From: an uncultured Pseudobdellovibrionaceae bacterium
GTDB lineage: Bacteria > Patescibacteriota > Minisyncoccia > Moranbacterales > GCA-2747515
Direction of reading: 5' to 3'
Assembly: GCA_964463705.1 (NCBI GenBank)
Contig: CAYXCH010000021.1
Span: forward strand, 65,162-129,161
Length of the DNA stretch: 64,000 nt
Part shown: positions 9,648 through 20,361 of the stretch, in pieces
How positions within the stretch are numbered: position 1 is the first letter of the stretch
Layout: each line of letters opens with the position of its first letter
Program-made: the position numbers and the translations under genes
Notes under the pieces: model-generated
Told to the model about the DNA's origin: nothing
Seen by the model: the letters and a program-made list of their open reading frames with translations, nothing else
Databases searched by the model: none

Positions 9648-10459
9648 AATGCTGTGTTTTTATTGACGGTTGATGATTCTGTTTTTAGTGTACCACAATC
9701 ACGTGCCCGATCATATACGCCGCGCCAGAGTCTCCAACGAACCTTAAACAAATCAATAATTACTTGCACAAACCCGTTCGGACCAAACAGACTTACCGTT
9801 GACCCCTCCTCATTCATCCAGCGTACGGGAAGCTGTACAACACGGTATCCATGCCGCCGAGCAATCGCAATCATTTCAAAATCAAACCCAAACCGATCCA
9901 CCATCATTCTCGGCGCAATATCCTCCGCCGCCCGAGCGGATAACATTTTAAATCCACACTGTGTATCCGGATATCGCCACAACCCTAATACAATCCGAAT
10001 CAACCAATTTCCCATATCTCCCATAAGCTCCCGGTATCGTGGCTGGTGCACTTTAATATACGCTCCCTCAATATCCCGCGATCCGATCAACACGTCATTG
10101 TTGTTCGCCACTTCCATAAATGCATCAAGATGAGTAATGGACGTGGATCCGTCCGCATCCATAAATAATCGCCACTTCCCCTGTGCATTACATAATCCCT
10201 GTCGCACAACATATCCCTTACCGTGATTGTCCGGATTATCAATGACGCGCAAGGCGGGAATTTGTTGCATATAATTGCGAGCAACGGCAGCGGTATCATC
10301 GGGGGATCCGTCCACTACGACAATAATTTCATACGTCCACTCCGGATGCGCGGCAAAATATTCTTTAATTTCCAATAGTGTACGCCCAATACGCTCCCCT
10401 TCCTTATACGCCGGAATAATTACCGAAAAGAATGGCGACTCCTGTATTTTTTGCATCAT
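9644..10459 (-). CDS. Glycosyltransferase family 2 (dolichyl/polyprenyl-phosphate sugar transferase-like)
   Basis: FSVIIPAYKEGERIGRTL...VVDGSPDDT and DxD region (FMDADGS), GT-A fold hallmarks. Confidence 0.8.
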   Translation of the reverse strand: MMQKIQESPFFSVIIPAYKEGERIGRTLLEIKEYFAAHPEWTYEIIVVVDGSPDDTAAVARNYMQQIPALRVIDNPDNHGKGYVVRQGLCNAQGKWRLFMDADGSTSITHLDAFMEVANNNDVLIGSRDIEGAYIKVHQPRYRELMGDMGNWLIRIVLGLWRYPDTQCGFKMLSARAAEDIAPRMMVDRFGFDFEMIAIARRHGYRVVQLPVRWMNEEGSTVSLFGPNGFVQVIIDLFKVRWRLWRGVYDRARDCGTLKTESSTVNKNTAL

Positions 10460-10487
10460 AAGCTATCTGTCACAAAAATTTACTTCA

Positions 10488-13223
10488 TTATATCACAGTA
10501 TGGGATACTGGTACATAACGCTCCGTTGTCCTCCGCTGCAATCGCCGCAACCACCCCTTTACACACTCAATCATTACAATCTCTAGCAGCACGACAAGTA
10601 CAATAATTACTCCCATTGAGGCGGGGATCAATACTGTCCCCAACAATGCCTGCAAAGAGGGAACGAAAACACCGGCAATCAGCAATCCCAAAGAAATTGC
10701 GACGGAAATATTTAAATACATGTTCCCCACCGCCGCACGAGAAAGCAATCGTGTATGAAGTGTTTGCACACTATATGCAAATACCAACGAATCCATACTC
10801 ATGAGTATAAACAGTATCGTTCGCACTTCTTCGGGCGATAGTCCTTTCGCCGTCGCATAGAAAAACATGCCCACTGCCGCTATGCTGCTGATAACAAATA
10901 CCGCTATGGCGAACAGGATTGTACCGCGCGTAAATAACGATGCGGTAATTCGTTGCGGACGCTGACGCATCATGGAGTCGGCGCCGTGACGAGATGCTGT
11001 CAATGCCATACCGGGCAACCCATCTTCTATCAAATTAATCCACAAAATTTGTGCCGGAAGTAACGGGAGCGGAGCACCGGCAAACAGTGCGGCAAAGAAT
11101 AACACCAGCTCCGTAAAGTCATCCACCAACAAAAAGAACAGCAACCGTTTAACGTTAAGAAATACCAGTCGTCCCTGACGAATTGCGCGAACAATGGTTG
11201 TAAAACTATCATCCAACAACACAACATCCGCCACGCTGCGTGCAAGATCCGTTCCACTTCCCGGTGCTATGGATACGTCCGCCGCTTTCAACGCCGGCGC
11301 ATCGTTTACACCGTCCCCCACCATCGCCACTACGTGACCGTGTGTCATCAATGCACGCACAATACGAATTTTGTGCTCGGGCGCCACTCGTGCAAACAGT
11401 CGCACCGATTGTACCGCTGTCGCCAATTGTTTCTCGGACAATTCGGATAACTCCGCTCCTTCCATAACCTCCTGAGGCAAGACATCAATCCCGGCATCCG
11501 CCAATACCGCCATCGCGGTATCACGGTGATCGCCGGTAATGACTATACTGCGTACTCCCGCCGCCTGTGCCGATTGTACCGATGCGCGAACATCCGTTCG
11601 CACCGGATCATGCAATACCAGTACACCGACAAAAACCATTCGTTGCGGCGCAGCGGTTGTTTCTTTCTGTGATGCCGGACGCAGGGCGCACACCAGCACC
11701 CGATACCCATCACGCATCAGTGCCGTAATCGCCGCCAATACATCGGCCCGCTTCGCCGAGGTCATCGGCTTCACCACTCCCCGGATATCATAATGTGTAC
11801 AATATTCCAATAGACGATCGGGGGCACCGACTGCCATTAGTATTCGCTTACCGGATGCCACATCATACAATCGTGCCGCATATTTTCGCGCGGAATGAAA
11901 CGGTACTTGCGCACGTAGTGTATACGGGGTCGCATCACACCCGGCGTGCAGACCGGCATGGAGTAACGCGGCATCCGTGGGACGACCGTGAATAGTCGGC
12001 TCTTTCTCCGATACTCCCGTATAATCTACCGTTGCATCATTAACAAGATACCCGATTTCCACAATTCGCCGATACCGAGAGTTTGTCGCCGATTGTTCTA
12101 CCGTTACTCCACGATTTGATATATCCGATGTCGCTTCAGAAATATCCTCCGGTGTCAATATGCGCCGAACACGCATCACCCCCGTTGTCAACGTACCGGT
12201 TTTATCCATGCAAATCACACTGATCGCACCCATTGTTTCCACTGCACGTAACCGCCGAACCAATGCTTTGCGCCGCATTAATCGCCTCATGGCGATGACA
12301 AGCACTACCGTAATCGCCGGCAGCAACCCCTCGGGAATCGTACTGACTACCAATGCCACCGCTGTCAGTGCGATAATGGAAACATCATGACCCATCCATA
12401 TTCCCACCGTAACAAACGCCGCGACGGATACTACAACAAATACCGCCATTCCGTGGACAATACGGGTCAATAATTGCTGCAATGGAGAGGGTCGCGATTC
12501 TTGCTTCGCAATCAGGGCGGCAATCCGTCCCATCTGAGTTCGCATTCCCGTGGCGGTGACAACGTAGCGCACCACACCGTCTTCCACCGTTGTTCCGGCA
12601 TACACCATAGAGGAACGGTCCATCACATCCGTCTCCCGTTCCACCGGCTCCACTTGCTTGGGAACACACTGTGATTCTCCCGATAACGCCGCCTCCGATA
12701 CACATACCGCATCTGCCACAAGCACTCGTCCATCCGCCACAATGCGATCACCCGGACGAGCGATTACCACATCACCGCACACTACATCCTCACTGCGGAC
12801 ACTGCGTAACGTTCCCTCTCGAAGGACGGTGGCACGAAACGTTAGTGCGGAACGCAGTACCGCCAATGCTCGTTGCGCTTTAAATTCTTGTACCGCACCT
12901 AACAGCGCATTAAGAAGGACAACAATACTGATAAATATCCCGTCCGCTACATGATGAATGGCAAACGACACGGCAGCCGCAGCCAAAATCATAATCATGA
13001 GCGCACTGCGAAACTGATGGGAAAAACTTTGTATAAATGTCGCCGGTGGCGGAGACGGCATCGTATTGGCGCCATAGAGTGTCCGGTGATGATCCACCAC
13101 CGCTTCCGATAATCCGCGTTCCGGATTACTCTCTACCAGCGCCACCACTTGCTCTGCTTCCTGAGCGTGCGCATCGGCACAGCAATAGTTCTCGTCGTCC
13201 GTTCCCGAATGTTTCCTCTTCAT
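10488..13223 (-). CDS. P-type cation-transporting ATPase (type II, Ca2+/Mg2+-like)
   Basis: ICMDKTGTLTT phosphorylation motif, TGDHRDTA, VAMVGDGVNDAPALKAADVSIA hinge, 10 predicted TM helices. Confidence 0.9.
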   Translation of the reverse strand: MKRKHSGTDDENYCCADAHAQEAEQVVALVESNPERGLSEAVVDHHRTLYGANTMPSPPPATFIQSFSHQFRSALMIMILAAAAVSFAIHHVADGIFISIVVLLNALLGAVQEFKAQRALAVLRSALTFRATVLREGTLRSVRSEDVVCGDVVIARPGDRIVADGRVLVADAVCVSEAALSGESQCVPKQVEPVERETDVMDRSSMVYAGTTVEDGVVRYVVTATGMRTQMGRIAALIAKQESRPSPLQQLLTRIVHGMAVFVVVSVAAFVTVGIWMGHDVSIIALTAVALVVSTIPEGLLPAITVVLVIAMRRLMRRKALVRRLRAVETMGAISVICMDKTGTLTTGVMRVRRILTPEDISEATSDISNRGVTVEQSATNSRYRRIVEIGYLVNDATVDYTGVSEKEPTIHGRPTDAALLHAGLHAGCDATPYTLRAQVPFHSARKYAARLYDVASGKRILMAVGAPDRLLEYCTHYDIRGVVKPMTSAKRADVLAAITALMRDGYRVLVCALRPASQKETTAAPQRMVFVGVLVLHDPVRTDVRASVQSAQAAGVRSIVITGDHRDTAMAVLADAGIDVLPQEVMEGAELSELSEKQLATAVQSVRLFARVAPEHKIRIVRALMTHGHVVAMVGDGVNDAPALKAADVSIAPGSGTDLARSVADVVLLDDSFTTIVRAIRQGRLVFLNVKRLLFFLLVDDFTELVLFFAALFAGAPLPLLPAQILWINLIEDGLPGMALTASRHGADSMMRQRPQRITASLFTRGTILFAIAVFVISSIAAVGMFFYATAKGLSPEEVRTILFILMSMDSLVFAYSVQTLHTRLLSRAAVGNMYLNISVAISLGLLIAGVFVPSLQALLGTVLIPASMGVIIVLVVLLEIVMIECVKGWLRRLQRRTTERYVPVSHTVI

Positions 13224-13236
13224 TACCGTATCATTT

Positions 13237-14208
13237 TCACGATTGGTGTTTCGTTACTTCCGGAGATGCGGGAGCTTCCCACTGCGCCAAAATATATAGC
13301 GCACCACCGACCAATATTAATGCCGCCAGCGTCCCCACTGTTACGTGTACTATCGTTCGCCATACTCCACGATATGAACGACGGCGCCGCGCAGAAGAGG
13401 TAGATGAGGCAGAAGATGTGTCAGAGGCATCAGATGAAGATGATGCGGAGGAGTCATTCTTGATTGCGCCGGATTTGATCGGTGCGGATACGGTATCGGA
13501 TAGATCAGAAGATGTTGTGCTCTGTGCGGCATCTGTGGATGGCAATATTTCTTGTGGTGATTGCGTCGGTAATATCTCGGGAGATAAAATTCCATGCCGA
13601 CGAGCGGTGCGATATAAATCGGCACCCAATGTTGGCGCGGTGGCACGAAGCATATCATAAAACGTCCATACGGAATCATCTATCGTCTCATCACTACGCA
13701 CCAATGCATACTGTGCGGCGGTCAATTGCGCATCCGCCGCCGCCACGGCGCGCAAAAACTCAGAACGCGGCATACTGTTTGCTGTTTCAGAAATACTAAA
13801 TGCACGATGCAATGCCTCACCGATATCCTGAGAAATTTGCTGCGGTGTTCGCGTCCGAAACACCGCCGCCAATGTTTCATACGGAACCCGATCCAACACA
13901 CGTAATGCCGCCATCACGCGCACCGGAACGTCCGAAATTGCAAAAAATCCATCCCGACGCGATCCGGAACGAGCCGGTTGCGCCGCCTCATATGCCGCCC
14001 GAATAACGCGAACATCAGGATGCTCCGATCCCGCAAATCGCCCTGCCGCGACGGCACGAGATAATAATACCGGCACCACAGCGGGACGAACACCACAGAG
14101 CGCAGCGATTCGCGCCGCAAGGATTTCATGATATGTCGCCGTCGGAGGAAACGGAACAGTGGAGCGAGGAGATGATGATTGTGTTTTTGCTTTCATTGGT
14201 ATGATCAA
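13237..14208 (-). CDS. Hypothetical membrane-anchored protein with Ser-rich linker and C-terminal TM helix; N-terminal helical (possibly HTH-like) domain
   Basis: No confident family. Region 200-270 is a poly-Ser/Asp/Thr low-complexity linker followed by one TM helix. Confidence 0.35.
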   Translation of the reverse strand: MIIPMKAKTQSSSPRSTVPFPPTATYHEILAARIAALCGVRPAVVPVLLSRAVAAGRFAGSEHPDVRVIRAAYEAAQPARSGSRRDGFFAISDVPVRVMAALRVLDRVPYETLAAVFRTRTPQQISQDIGEALHRAFSISETANSMPRSEFLRAVAAADAQLTAAQYALVRSDETIDDSVWTFYDMLRATAPTLGADLYRTARRHGILSPEILPTQSPQEILPSTDAAQSTTSSDLSDTVSAPIKSGAIKNDSSASSSSDASDTSSASSTSSARRRRSYRGVWRTIVHVTVGTLAALILVGGALYILAQWEAPASPEVTKHQS

Positions 14209-14219
14209 TTGTGGAAGGA

Positions 14220-16034
14220 TTATGACGATGTCTCCACGGTGGGCGGTGACACCGGACGAACATGCAGTGCGCGCAACTGTTTTGCATCTGTTGGCGCCGG
14301 TGCGTCCATCATAACATCTCGTCCCGCACCATCTTTTGGAAACGCATAAATATCACGAATGGATGAAACATCGTTTAATACCATAAATAACCGATCAATA
14401 CCGAGCGCGCTTCCGCCGTGCGGCGGCGCTCCGTACCGAAACGCTCGCATCATCGCACCAAATTGCGCTTCCACCTCCTCCGCGGAATATCCGGCAATCT
14501 GAAATGCGGCAACCATTATATCCGGATCATGATTGCGAATCGCACCGCTAAGAACTTCAAAACCGTTGAGAACCAAATCGTACTGCTGTCCGAGAATGTC
14601 CAACGGATCAGATTCCTTTAATGCATTCAGTCCTCCCTGCGGCATGGAAAACGGGTTGTGTGAAAAATCAATCGTCCCCTCTTCCGTATGCTCATACATT
14701 GGAAAATCCACAATCCAACACCACGCCGCCGCCCGATCATCCTTTAATCCCAATTTTGTTCCACAAACATCGCGAACCGCCCCCAATGCATCACATACCG
14801 TTCGCCATGTATCTGCACCAAAAAATAGTATATCCCCCGGCTCGGCGCCAACGTGTCGTATCAATGCCTGTGCTGTTTCCTCCCCCAAAAACTTCACGAT
14901 GGGAGACTGTAATCGCCCCTCCTCTGTAACGATAATATACGCCAATCCCTTTGCTCCGTTCCGGAGAGCAACCTCCGTTAACTCATCAATTTCTTTACGT
15001 GTGAACCGTGCTCCACCACGAACATTCAGTGCATGAACCACACCGCCGCGCTCCACTGCGGAAGAAAAGACGCCAAACCCGCATGTCGCCACCAACTCTG
15101 TCACCGGCACAATCTCCATGGAAAATCGCAAATCCGGCTTATCGCTACCGTATCGCGTCATCGCCTCCCGCCATGACAAGCGAACAAATGCCCCGTCCGC
15201 CTCCGTCGCCACCAATTTCTTGTCGGAAAACTCTCGTGTCAATAATACCGCCAATGGCTCAATGGTTTGCAGAACATCTTCCTGCTCCACAAAGCTCATC
15301 TCCATATCCGCCTGATAAAATTCTCCATAATGCCGATCCGCACGCGGATCCTCATCACGAAAACATGGTGCGATTTGAAAATACTTATCCACACCGCCCA
15401 CCATCAGCAATTGCTTAAACTGTTGCGGTGCCTGTGGAAGCGCATAACATGTGCCCGGATGCAAACGACTCGGTACCAAAAAATCCCGCGCCCCTTCCGG
15501 TGAGGGACTTGCCAGAATCGGTGTTTGCACTTCTGTAAATCCCTCCGAATGAAAATACTCACGAATTCGCCGGATATACCGATCTTTCAACTGCAACACA
15601 TGCTGCATCCGTTCTCGTCGCAGATCCACATACCGATGACGCAGACGCAATGACTCATTCACATCTTCTCCGTCTCGTGTAATATCAAACGGGGGTGTAT
15701 GAGAACGCCCAAGTACCTCCACACGAGTAGCCTCCACTTCTATCTCTCCCGTATCCATTGCGTCATTGACCATTTCCTCCGGTCGCCGAACCACCCGTCC
15801 TTCCACACAAATTACCCACTCATTGCGCAGTGCATCCGCCGCCGCATGTGCCGCCGCCCCGGCACCGTCACCATGCGCCACATCAAATGTCACCTGCGTA
15901 ATTCCGTACCGATCACGCAAATCAATAAAAATAATTCCACCGTGATCGCGTCGCCGATGCACCCAACCACAGAGCGTCACTGTCTCGCCCTCCTGCATCG
16001 TCCGCAATTCTCCACATGTATGTGTTCGTAACAT
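14220..16034 (-). CDS. aspS: Aspartate--tRNA ligase
   Basis: N-terminal OB fold (GWVHRRRDHGGIIFIDLRDRYGITQV), class II motifs (FRDEDPRADRH, GGSALGIDRL), GAD insertion, 604 aa. Confidence 0.9.
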   Translation of the reverse strand: MLRTHTCGELRTMQEGETVTLCGWVHRRRDHGGIIFIDLRDRYGITQVTFDVAHGDGAGAAAHAAADALRNEWVICVEGRVVRRPEEMVNDAMDTGEIEVEATRVEVLGRSHTPPFDITRDGEDVNESLRLRHRYVDLRRERMQHVLQLKDRYIRRIREYFHSEGFTEVQTPILASPSPEGARDFLVPSRLHPGTCYALPQAPQQFKQLLMVGGVDKYFQIAPCFRDEDPRADRHYGEFYQADMEMSFVEQEDVLQTIEPLAVLLTREFSDKKLVATEADGAFVRLSWREAMTRYGSDKPDLRFSMEIVPVTELVATCGFGVFSSAVERGGVVHALNVRGGARFTRKEIDELTEVALRNGAKGLAYIIVTEEGRLQSPIVKFLGEETAQALIRHVGAEPGDILFFGADTWRTVCDALGAVRDVCGTKLGLKDDRAAAWCWIVDFPMYEHTEEGTIDFSHNPFSMPQGGLNALKESDPLDILGQQYDLVLNGFEVLSGAIRNHDPDIMVAAFQIAGYSAEEVEAQFGAMMRAFRYGAPPHGGSALGIDRLFMVLNDVSSIRDIYAFPKDGAGRDVMMDAPAPTDAKQLRALHVRPVSPPTVETSS

Positions 16035-16217
16035 AAAATTATATCATCACCAAAACCCTCTACATATCAATCCGACTCGCCAATTACTCTCAGTGTACAA
16101 GACACACCATATTCTGTCCATGATCAAAGCGTGCCACACATACCGCATCCTGACGACCGGTACACTACTTCTCTGTATCAGCAGTATGTATTTTAATCAA
16201 TGTAACAAGAGTAAAAT

Positions 16218-17186
16218 TTAGAGTCCGCGAAATGTCGGAAGACCGGTTGCCGGATTTGTCGGAACATAAATGGTTCCCTTGCGGTCTTTCAACTCATTGA
16301 TGTAGAGATACTCCAAATATCGCGGAGTTAATGATTCATTGATAATCTTTTGCGCATCTCGTTGTCCCTGCGCCTCAATGCGTTTTCGCTCCGCCTCCTT
16401 ACGCTCTTTTTCCAGCAAAAAATCATACCGCTGCGACTCCTGCTCCGCTTGCAATTTCTGTTGGATACTGTCCGCAAGATTTTTCGGCAGTGTAACGTTA
16501 CGCAGCAATACCTGTTCCACAATAATTCCTCGAGGCGTAATGCTCTCCCGCAACCGCTGAACAATCGCTTGCGCAATCTCTTCTCGCTTATCCGAGTACA
16601 CCGCCTTTGCATCATACTGCGCAATTACCTCGCGAATTGCACTCCGAATCTCCGGTCGGATAATTTTTTCCGCATAATCAATATTTAAATCGCGATATAC
16701 ATCGGATGCCCGTGCAGAATCCAAACGATAAAATACCGTAATATCCAAATCCACCGCCAACCCCTCATTGGTTAGCGCACGAATCGCATCCGCTCCCTTC
16801 CGCCGCCCTTCTCCGTGTGCAACACTCATGGTGTACTCCTCGGTACGTATACTCATCATAATGATGCGTGCCAACGGATTTACCAAATGCAACCCGCTGG
16901 AAAGCTCTCGTTCTCGTACCTTTCCGAACACATCCACTACACCGGTATGTCCGGCCGGAACGACAACAATTGCACGAGACAGTATTACCAGTCCAATGAT
17001 AATCCCGAGAATAAGTATTGTCTTCTTACGAATGGCGTCAATAACGGAACGAAGATTGGAAGACATATTGTAAAGCGGTTGATGTTGTGACATCCCGTTG
17101 ATTCCGCGCATCATGCTCCGTTGAATAAATGATGAGCGCAAAAACAATATCAGTGCAAGAAACAAAAGAAAAAGCACTGTAGACAT
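16218..17186 (-). CDS. SPFH/band-7 (prohibitin/HflK-C-like) membrane protein
   Basis: N-terminal TM segment, then SPFH core (VVPAGHTGVVDVFGKV...LHLVNPLARI) and a C-terminal coiled coil rich in E/K/R/Q. Confidence 0.8.
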   Translation of the reverse strand: MSTVLFLLFLALILFLRSSFIQRSMMRGINGMSQHQPLYNMSSNLRSVIDAIRKKTILILGIIIGLVILSRAIVVVPAGHTGVVDVFGKVRERELSSGLHLVNPLARIIMMSIRTEEYTMSVAHGEGRRKGADAIRALTNEGLAVDLDITVFYRLDSARASDVYRDLNIDYAEKIIRPEIRSAIREVIAQYDAKAVYSDKREEIAQAIVQRLRESITPRGIIVEQVLLRNVTLPKNLADSIQQKLQAEQESQRYDFLLEKERKEAERKRIEAQGQRDAQKIINESLTPRYLEYLYINELKDRKGTIYVPTNPATGLPTFRGL

Positions 17187-17282
17187 AAGATTATCGTGGT
17201 TATGGTTTACATAATAACTATACTATAAATAGGAGAACTGCAAAAGATTGTTCCGTAGCGCCTATTGTATTTAATGATACAC

Positions 17283-17309
17283 AAAAACCGCGCATAGCGC
17301 GGTTTTTGG
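17283..17309 (-). terminator. Intrinsic terminator hairpin (palindromic, flanked by A/T tracts on both strands)
   Basis: aaaaaccgcgcatagcgcggtttttgg located 20 nt downstream of the stop of the 17329..18033 gene. Confidence 0.5.
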
Positions 17310-17328
17310 TCAATACACGCGATAGTGT

Positions 17329-18033
17329 CTACTGCTTGCGCGTCATGCGATCCAATGCGCGAGCCGCGTGTTCCTTTCCGCCCAATCCGAACGCCAATCC
17401 CAGCGCCAAGGAAAGTGCGGCAACGATACCGGTGAACAGGATATCCACCATTGCGCCACCGATACCCAAATGATTCAGTGCCGCCAAAACGGTCACTGTC
17501 ATAATGGCATAGTATGGCACATTGACGACAAGCGCCGTGTTGCCGACGTTCTGCGCCGTATCCACAACACGTGTTACCGCCGTACGAACCGCATTTGCCA
17601 CCAGCGATCCGACAATCAGCACAACAACGGCAATGATCACATTGGGAACATATGCCAATACATCATTGAGGAAACTGGAAAGTTGCGGTGCTCCAACAAC
17701 ATTGATAACCACGGAAAATGTCGCGATAATCACGAACCATTTTACCAGCCATGCCACCACCGTGCTGGGCTTCATATCCAAGCCGATGGAAGACAATTGC
17801 TTACTCCACCCGAGTGTGGAAAATGCCGTATCCACCTTTGCCCGACGAATCAATGTCCGTGCCAACCGCGCCAATGCTTTGGCGATAAACAGTCCGACAA
17901 GAACGATAACAATGACCAGCACTGCCGTTTTGAGGTACCCCATCAGCGCGGCAGCTCCCAACGGTCCGTTGCTGACACTATCGGCAACGGGCGAAAGATC
18001 CGCCATGATGCGATCCATATATGGTGCCTGCAT
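17329..18033 (-). CDS. Conserved TM-helix-repeat membrane protein (MscS N-terminal-like)
   Basis: 234 aa with several TM helices and repeated VV.V..A.N..G motifs. Lies next to the SPFH gene. Confidence 0.45.
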   Translation of the reverse strand: MQAPYMDRIMADLSPVADSVSNGPLGAAALMGYLKTAVLVIVIVLVGLFIAKALARLARTLIRRAKVDTAFSTLGWSKQLSSIGLDMKPSTVVAWLVKWFVIIATFSVVINVVGAPQLSSFLNDVLAYVPNVIIAVVVLIVGSLVANAVRTAVTRVVDTAQNVGNTALVVNVPYYAIMTVTVLAALNHLGIGGAMVDILFTGIVAALSLALGLAFGLGGKEHAARALDRMTRKQ

Positions 18034-18118
18034 ATATTTTATAGTATTAATAACTTACAGCTATAGTGTGATGTAATTTATACACACCATTCACTTATTC
18101 AGTGTACCACAAGTTTGG

Positions 18119-19354
18119 TTAAAATACCAACCATTGCGGTGCCAACAGCAATATCAATCCCAACGCCACCATCAACACTCCACCCAACAACGTTGTCCAT
18201 CTACTATAGGACATTGCATAATGACGAATCTTTCCCATCCCGTACAGTGCCAACGCAAAGACCACCACATCATCAATCATATACAACAGGATATATATCA
18301 GCATATACCCTTGCGTCTCCATTGTGGAAAGAGCGTTCATCTCCAAAATCTTTGTAAATGTCTGCGGAATTCCGATAGAGCATGCAAACTCAAAAACATT
18401 AACACTGAATGCAATGCCAATAACACCCAGCGCCGTCACCAGTGTCAGTGGTTTTTCCGCCAACTCCCGCATCCGATTTGTAAAGCGCTCCTGTCTTTTT
18501 TCTCCGGTCACATTGCATACGGCGCGCCATGTTGCCCATTTGTAGAGAAAGTACACTCCGCTTCCCAATGCCAACGCTCCCACCAACGGTGTTACAATCC
18601 GTGACAGTCCGACAAAATCCCACGCGCTGAACCATACCATCAAAATCAAATAGTACATGAGCGCCTCCGCAAGAATAAACAACCCCGCATACTGCCACAT
18701 TCGCCGCCGCGATCCGCTATGCAACAATAATGTCAAAAATACCACCAACACCCACATTGCGCACGGATTAAATCCATCAATAAATCCCAAAATTGCGGCA
18801 ATTGCACCCAGTGAAAACGTTGCAAGATTAACAGATGTTCCCCACGGCAACCGAACACTCAGCGCATCTGCGGCACATCCCTCTGTAACATCCTCACTAC
18901 ACACCGATGCCAACGATGATGCCACCGTTATCGGTGGAGCACGGTCTTCCAAAATTTCCTCCACCGTTGTAAATTCCTTTGCCTCACTCACCGCATCACG
19001 AATTACCGCACCGGTTGTTTGCGCCGTGTCAAATCCGGCGATAATTGTCGTTCCCGCCAGCGTAATCGGTGTTCCTTGCGAAAGACCAAAGCGCTTGGCA
19101 ATTGCAACAAACTGTGCACGATGCTCCGGAACATCAATGTTGTAATACCGCACACGCAAAGAAGAGTCTTCTCGCATCCACTCTGCAAGAAACGCTTTCT
19201 CCGCCCGACAATGCGCACAATCATCCCGTACAAATACGCTGACATGCGGAGGCTCGTCCGACGTTGGAGGTGCTGTCTCCGCCGCCGAAACACCAACCGT
19301 GCCAACCAAGCAAACAATAAATGCAAGTGTTTTCAAACAGTGTTTTACCGTCAT
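18119..19354 (-). CDS. Thiol:disulfide oxidoreductase fusion: secreted thioredoxin/glutaredoxin-like domain + CcdA/DsbD-like transmembrane domain
   Basis: Signal peptide, CAHC redox motif in the N-terminal domain, polytopic C-terminal domain with FNPCAMWVL (CcdA-like conserved Cys in a TM helix). Confidence 0.55.
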   Translation of the reverse strand: MTVKHCLKTLAFIVCLVGTVGVSAAETAPPTSDEPPHVSVFVRDDCAHCRAEKAFLAEWMREDSSLRVRYYNIDVPEHRAQFVAIAKRFGLSQGTPITLAGTTIIAGFDTAQTTGAVIRDAVSEAKEFTTVEEILEDRAPPITVASSLASVCSEDVTEGCAADALSVRLPWGTSVNLATFSLGAIAAILGFIDGFNPCAMWVLVVFLTLLLHSGSRRRMWQYAGLFILAEALMYYLILMVWFSAWDFVGLSRIVTPLVGALALGSGVYFLYKWATWRAVCNVTGEKRQERFTNRMRELAEKPLTLVTALGVIGIAFSVNVFEFACSIGIPQTFTKILEMNALSTMETQGYMLIYILLYMIDDVVVFALALYGMGKIRHYAMSYSRWTTLLGGVLMVALGLILLLAPQWLVF

Positions 19355-19357
19355 ATA

Positions 19358-20341
19358 CTATGATATTTTATAATAGTCTTTATACCACTGCACAAAATTA
19401 CGCAATCCCGTATCTATATCTGTCGTTGGCGCCCATCCCAACGCTCGCAATTTCTGCACATCCGCCATTGTTTGCGGCACATCACCCGGCTGCATGCGCA
19501 ACAATCGCTTTCGCGCCGTCTTTCCCGTCGCTCGTTCCGCCGCCGCAATAAAATCCATTAATGCAATTGGTGTATCTCCGCCGATATTGAACACATCATA
19601 AGAAAAATCGGCATCTAAGACTGTCACCGTTCCACGAACAATATCATCAATATAGGTAAAATCGCGCTTCATTTTTCCCCGATTAAATACGTCAATGCGC
19701 TCTCCGCGCAAAATACGTTCCGGAAACAAAAACACGCCCATATCCGGTCGCCCCCACGGTCCGTAGACCGTAAAATATCGCAGCGCCGCAACATTCAATC
19801 CATATACACGATGAAATGCATGCGCCATCAATTCTTTTGCTTTTTTTGTTGCGGCATAGGGTGACACCGGCGCATCCACCCGAGCATCTTCATGAAATGG
19901 CACCGTTGCCAACTCACCATACACACTACTGCTGGATGCATACAGTACTTTCTTTACTTTATATTTTACGGCAAGTGTAAAGATATTTGTTGTTCCCACC
20001 ACATTGACATCGGCATACAGTGACGGATCTTCCAGTGATGCACGCACGCCCGCCATCGCCGCCAAATGAATAATCGCCGTTGGACGTGTTTTCGCAATAA
20101 TTCGGTCCATCATCGCTATATTGCGAACATCCGCGCGAAATAGTGTAAAGCGTCCCCGCTTATTTTCCCCGCGAGCATTGCGATACCCGCGCAAAAATCG
20201 ATTAATCCTTGCGCGCTTTAATGACGGATCATAGTAGTCGTTAAAATTATCTACCAATACCACGGCGTCGCCACGATCCATAAGCGCCTTCGCCACCGCA
20301 CTCCCGATAAATCCGGCACCACCGGTGATTAGTACAGTCAT
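19358..20341 (-). CDS. NAD-dependent nucleotide-sugar epimerase (UDP-glucuronate 4-epimerase-like SDR)
   Basis: MTVLITGGAGFIGSAVAKAL Rossmann motif, YASSSSVYG, and the YAATKKAKE catalytic YxxxK. Confidence 0.8.
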   Translation of the reverse strand: MTVLITGGAGFIGSAVAKALMDRGDAVVLVDNFNDYYDPSLKRARINRFLRGYRNARGENKRGRFTLFRADVRNIAMMDRIIAKTRPTAIIHLAAMAGVRASLEDPSLYADVNVVGTTNIFTLAVKYKVKKVLYASSSSVYGELATVPFHEDARVDAPVSPYAATKKAKELMAHAFHRVYGLNVAALRYFTVYGPWGRPDMGVFLFPERILRGERIDVFNRGKMKRDFTYIDDIVRGTVTVLDADFSYDVFNIGGDTPIALMDFIAAAERATGKTARKRLLRMQPGDVPQTMADVQKLRALGWAPTTDIDTGLRNFVQWYKDYYKIS

Positions 20342-20361
20342 TTCTATTGATACTTAGCAAA

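Noticed and set aside
16035-16217. 183-nt leader upstream of aspS (and 172 nt upstream of pheT), examined for a T-box riboswitch
   Set aside because: No T-box consensus (AATTAGGGTGGNACCGCG) or specifier/antiterminator arrangement was found on the minus strand. The leaders are shorter than typical T-box leaders.
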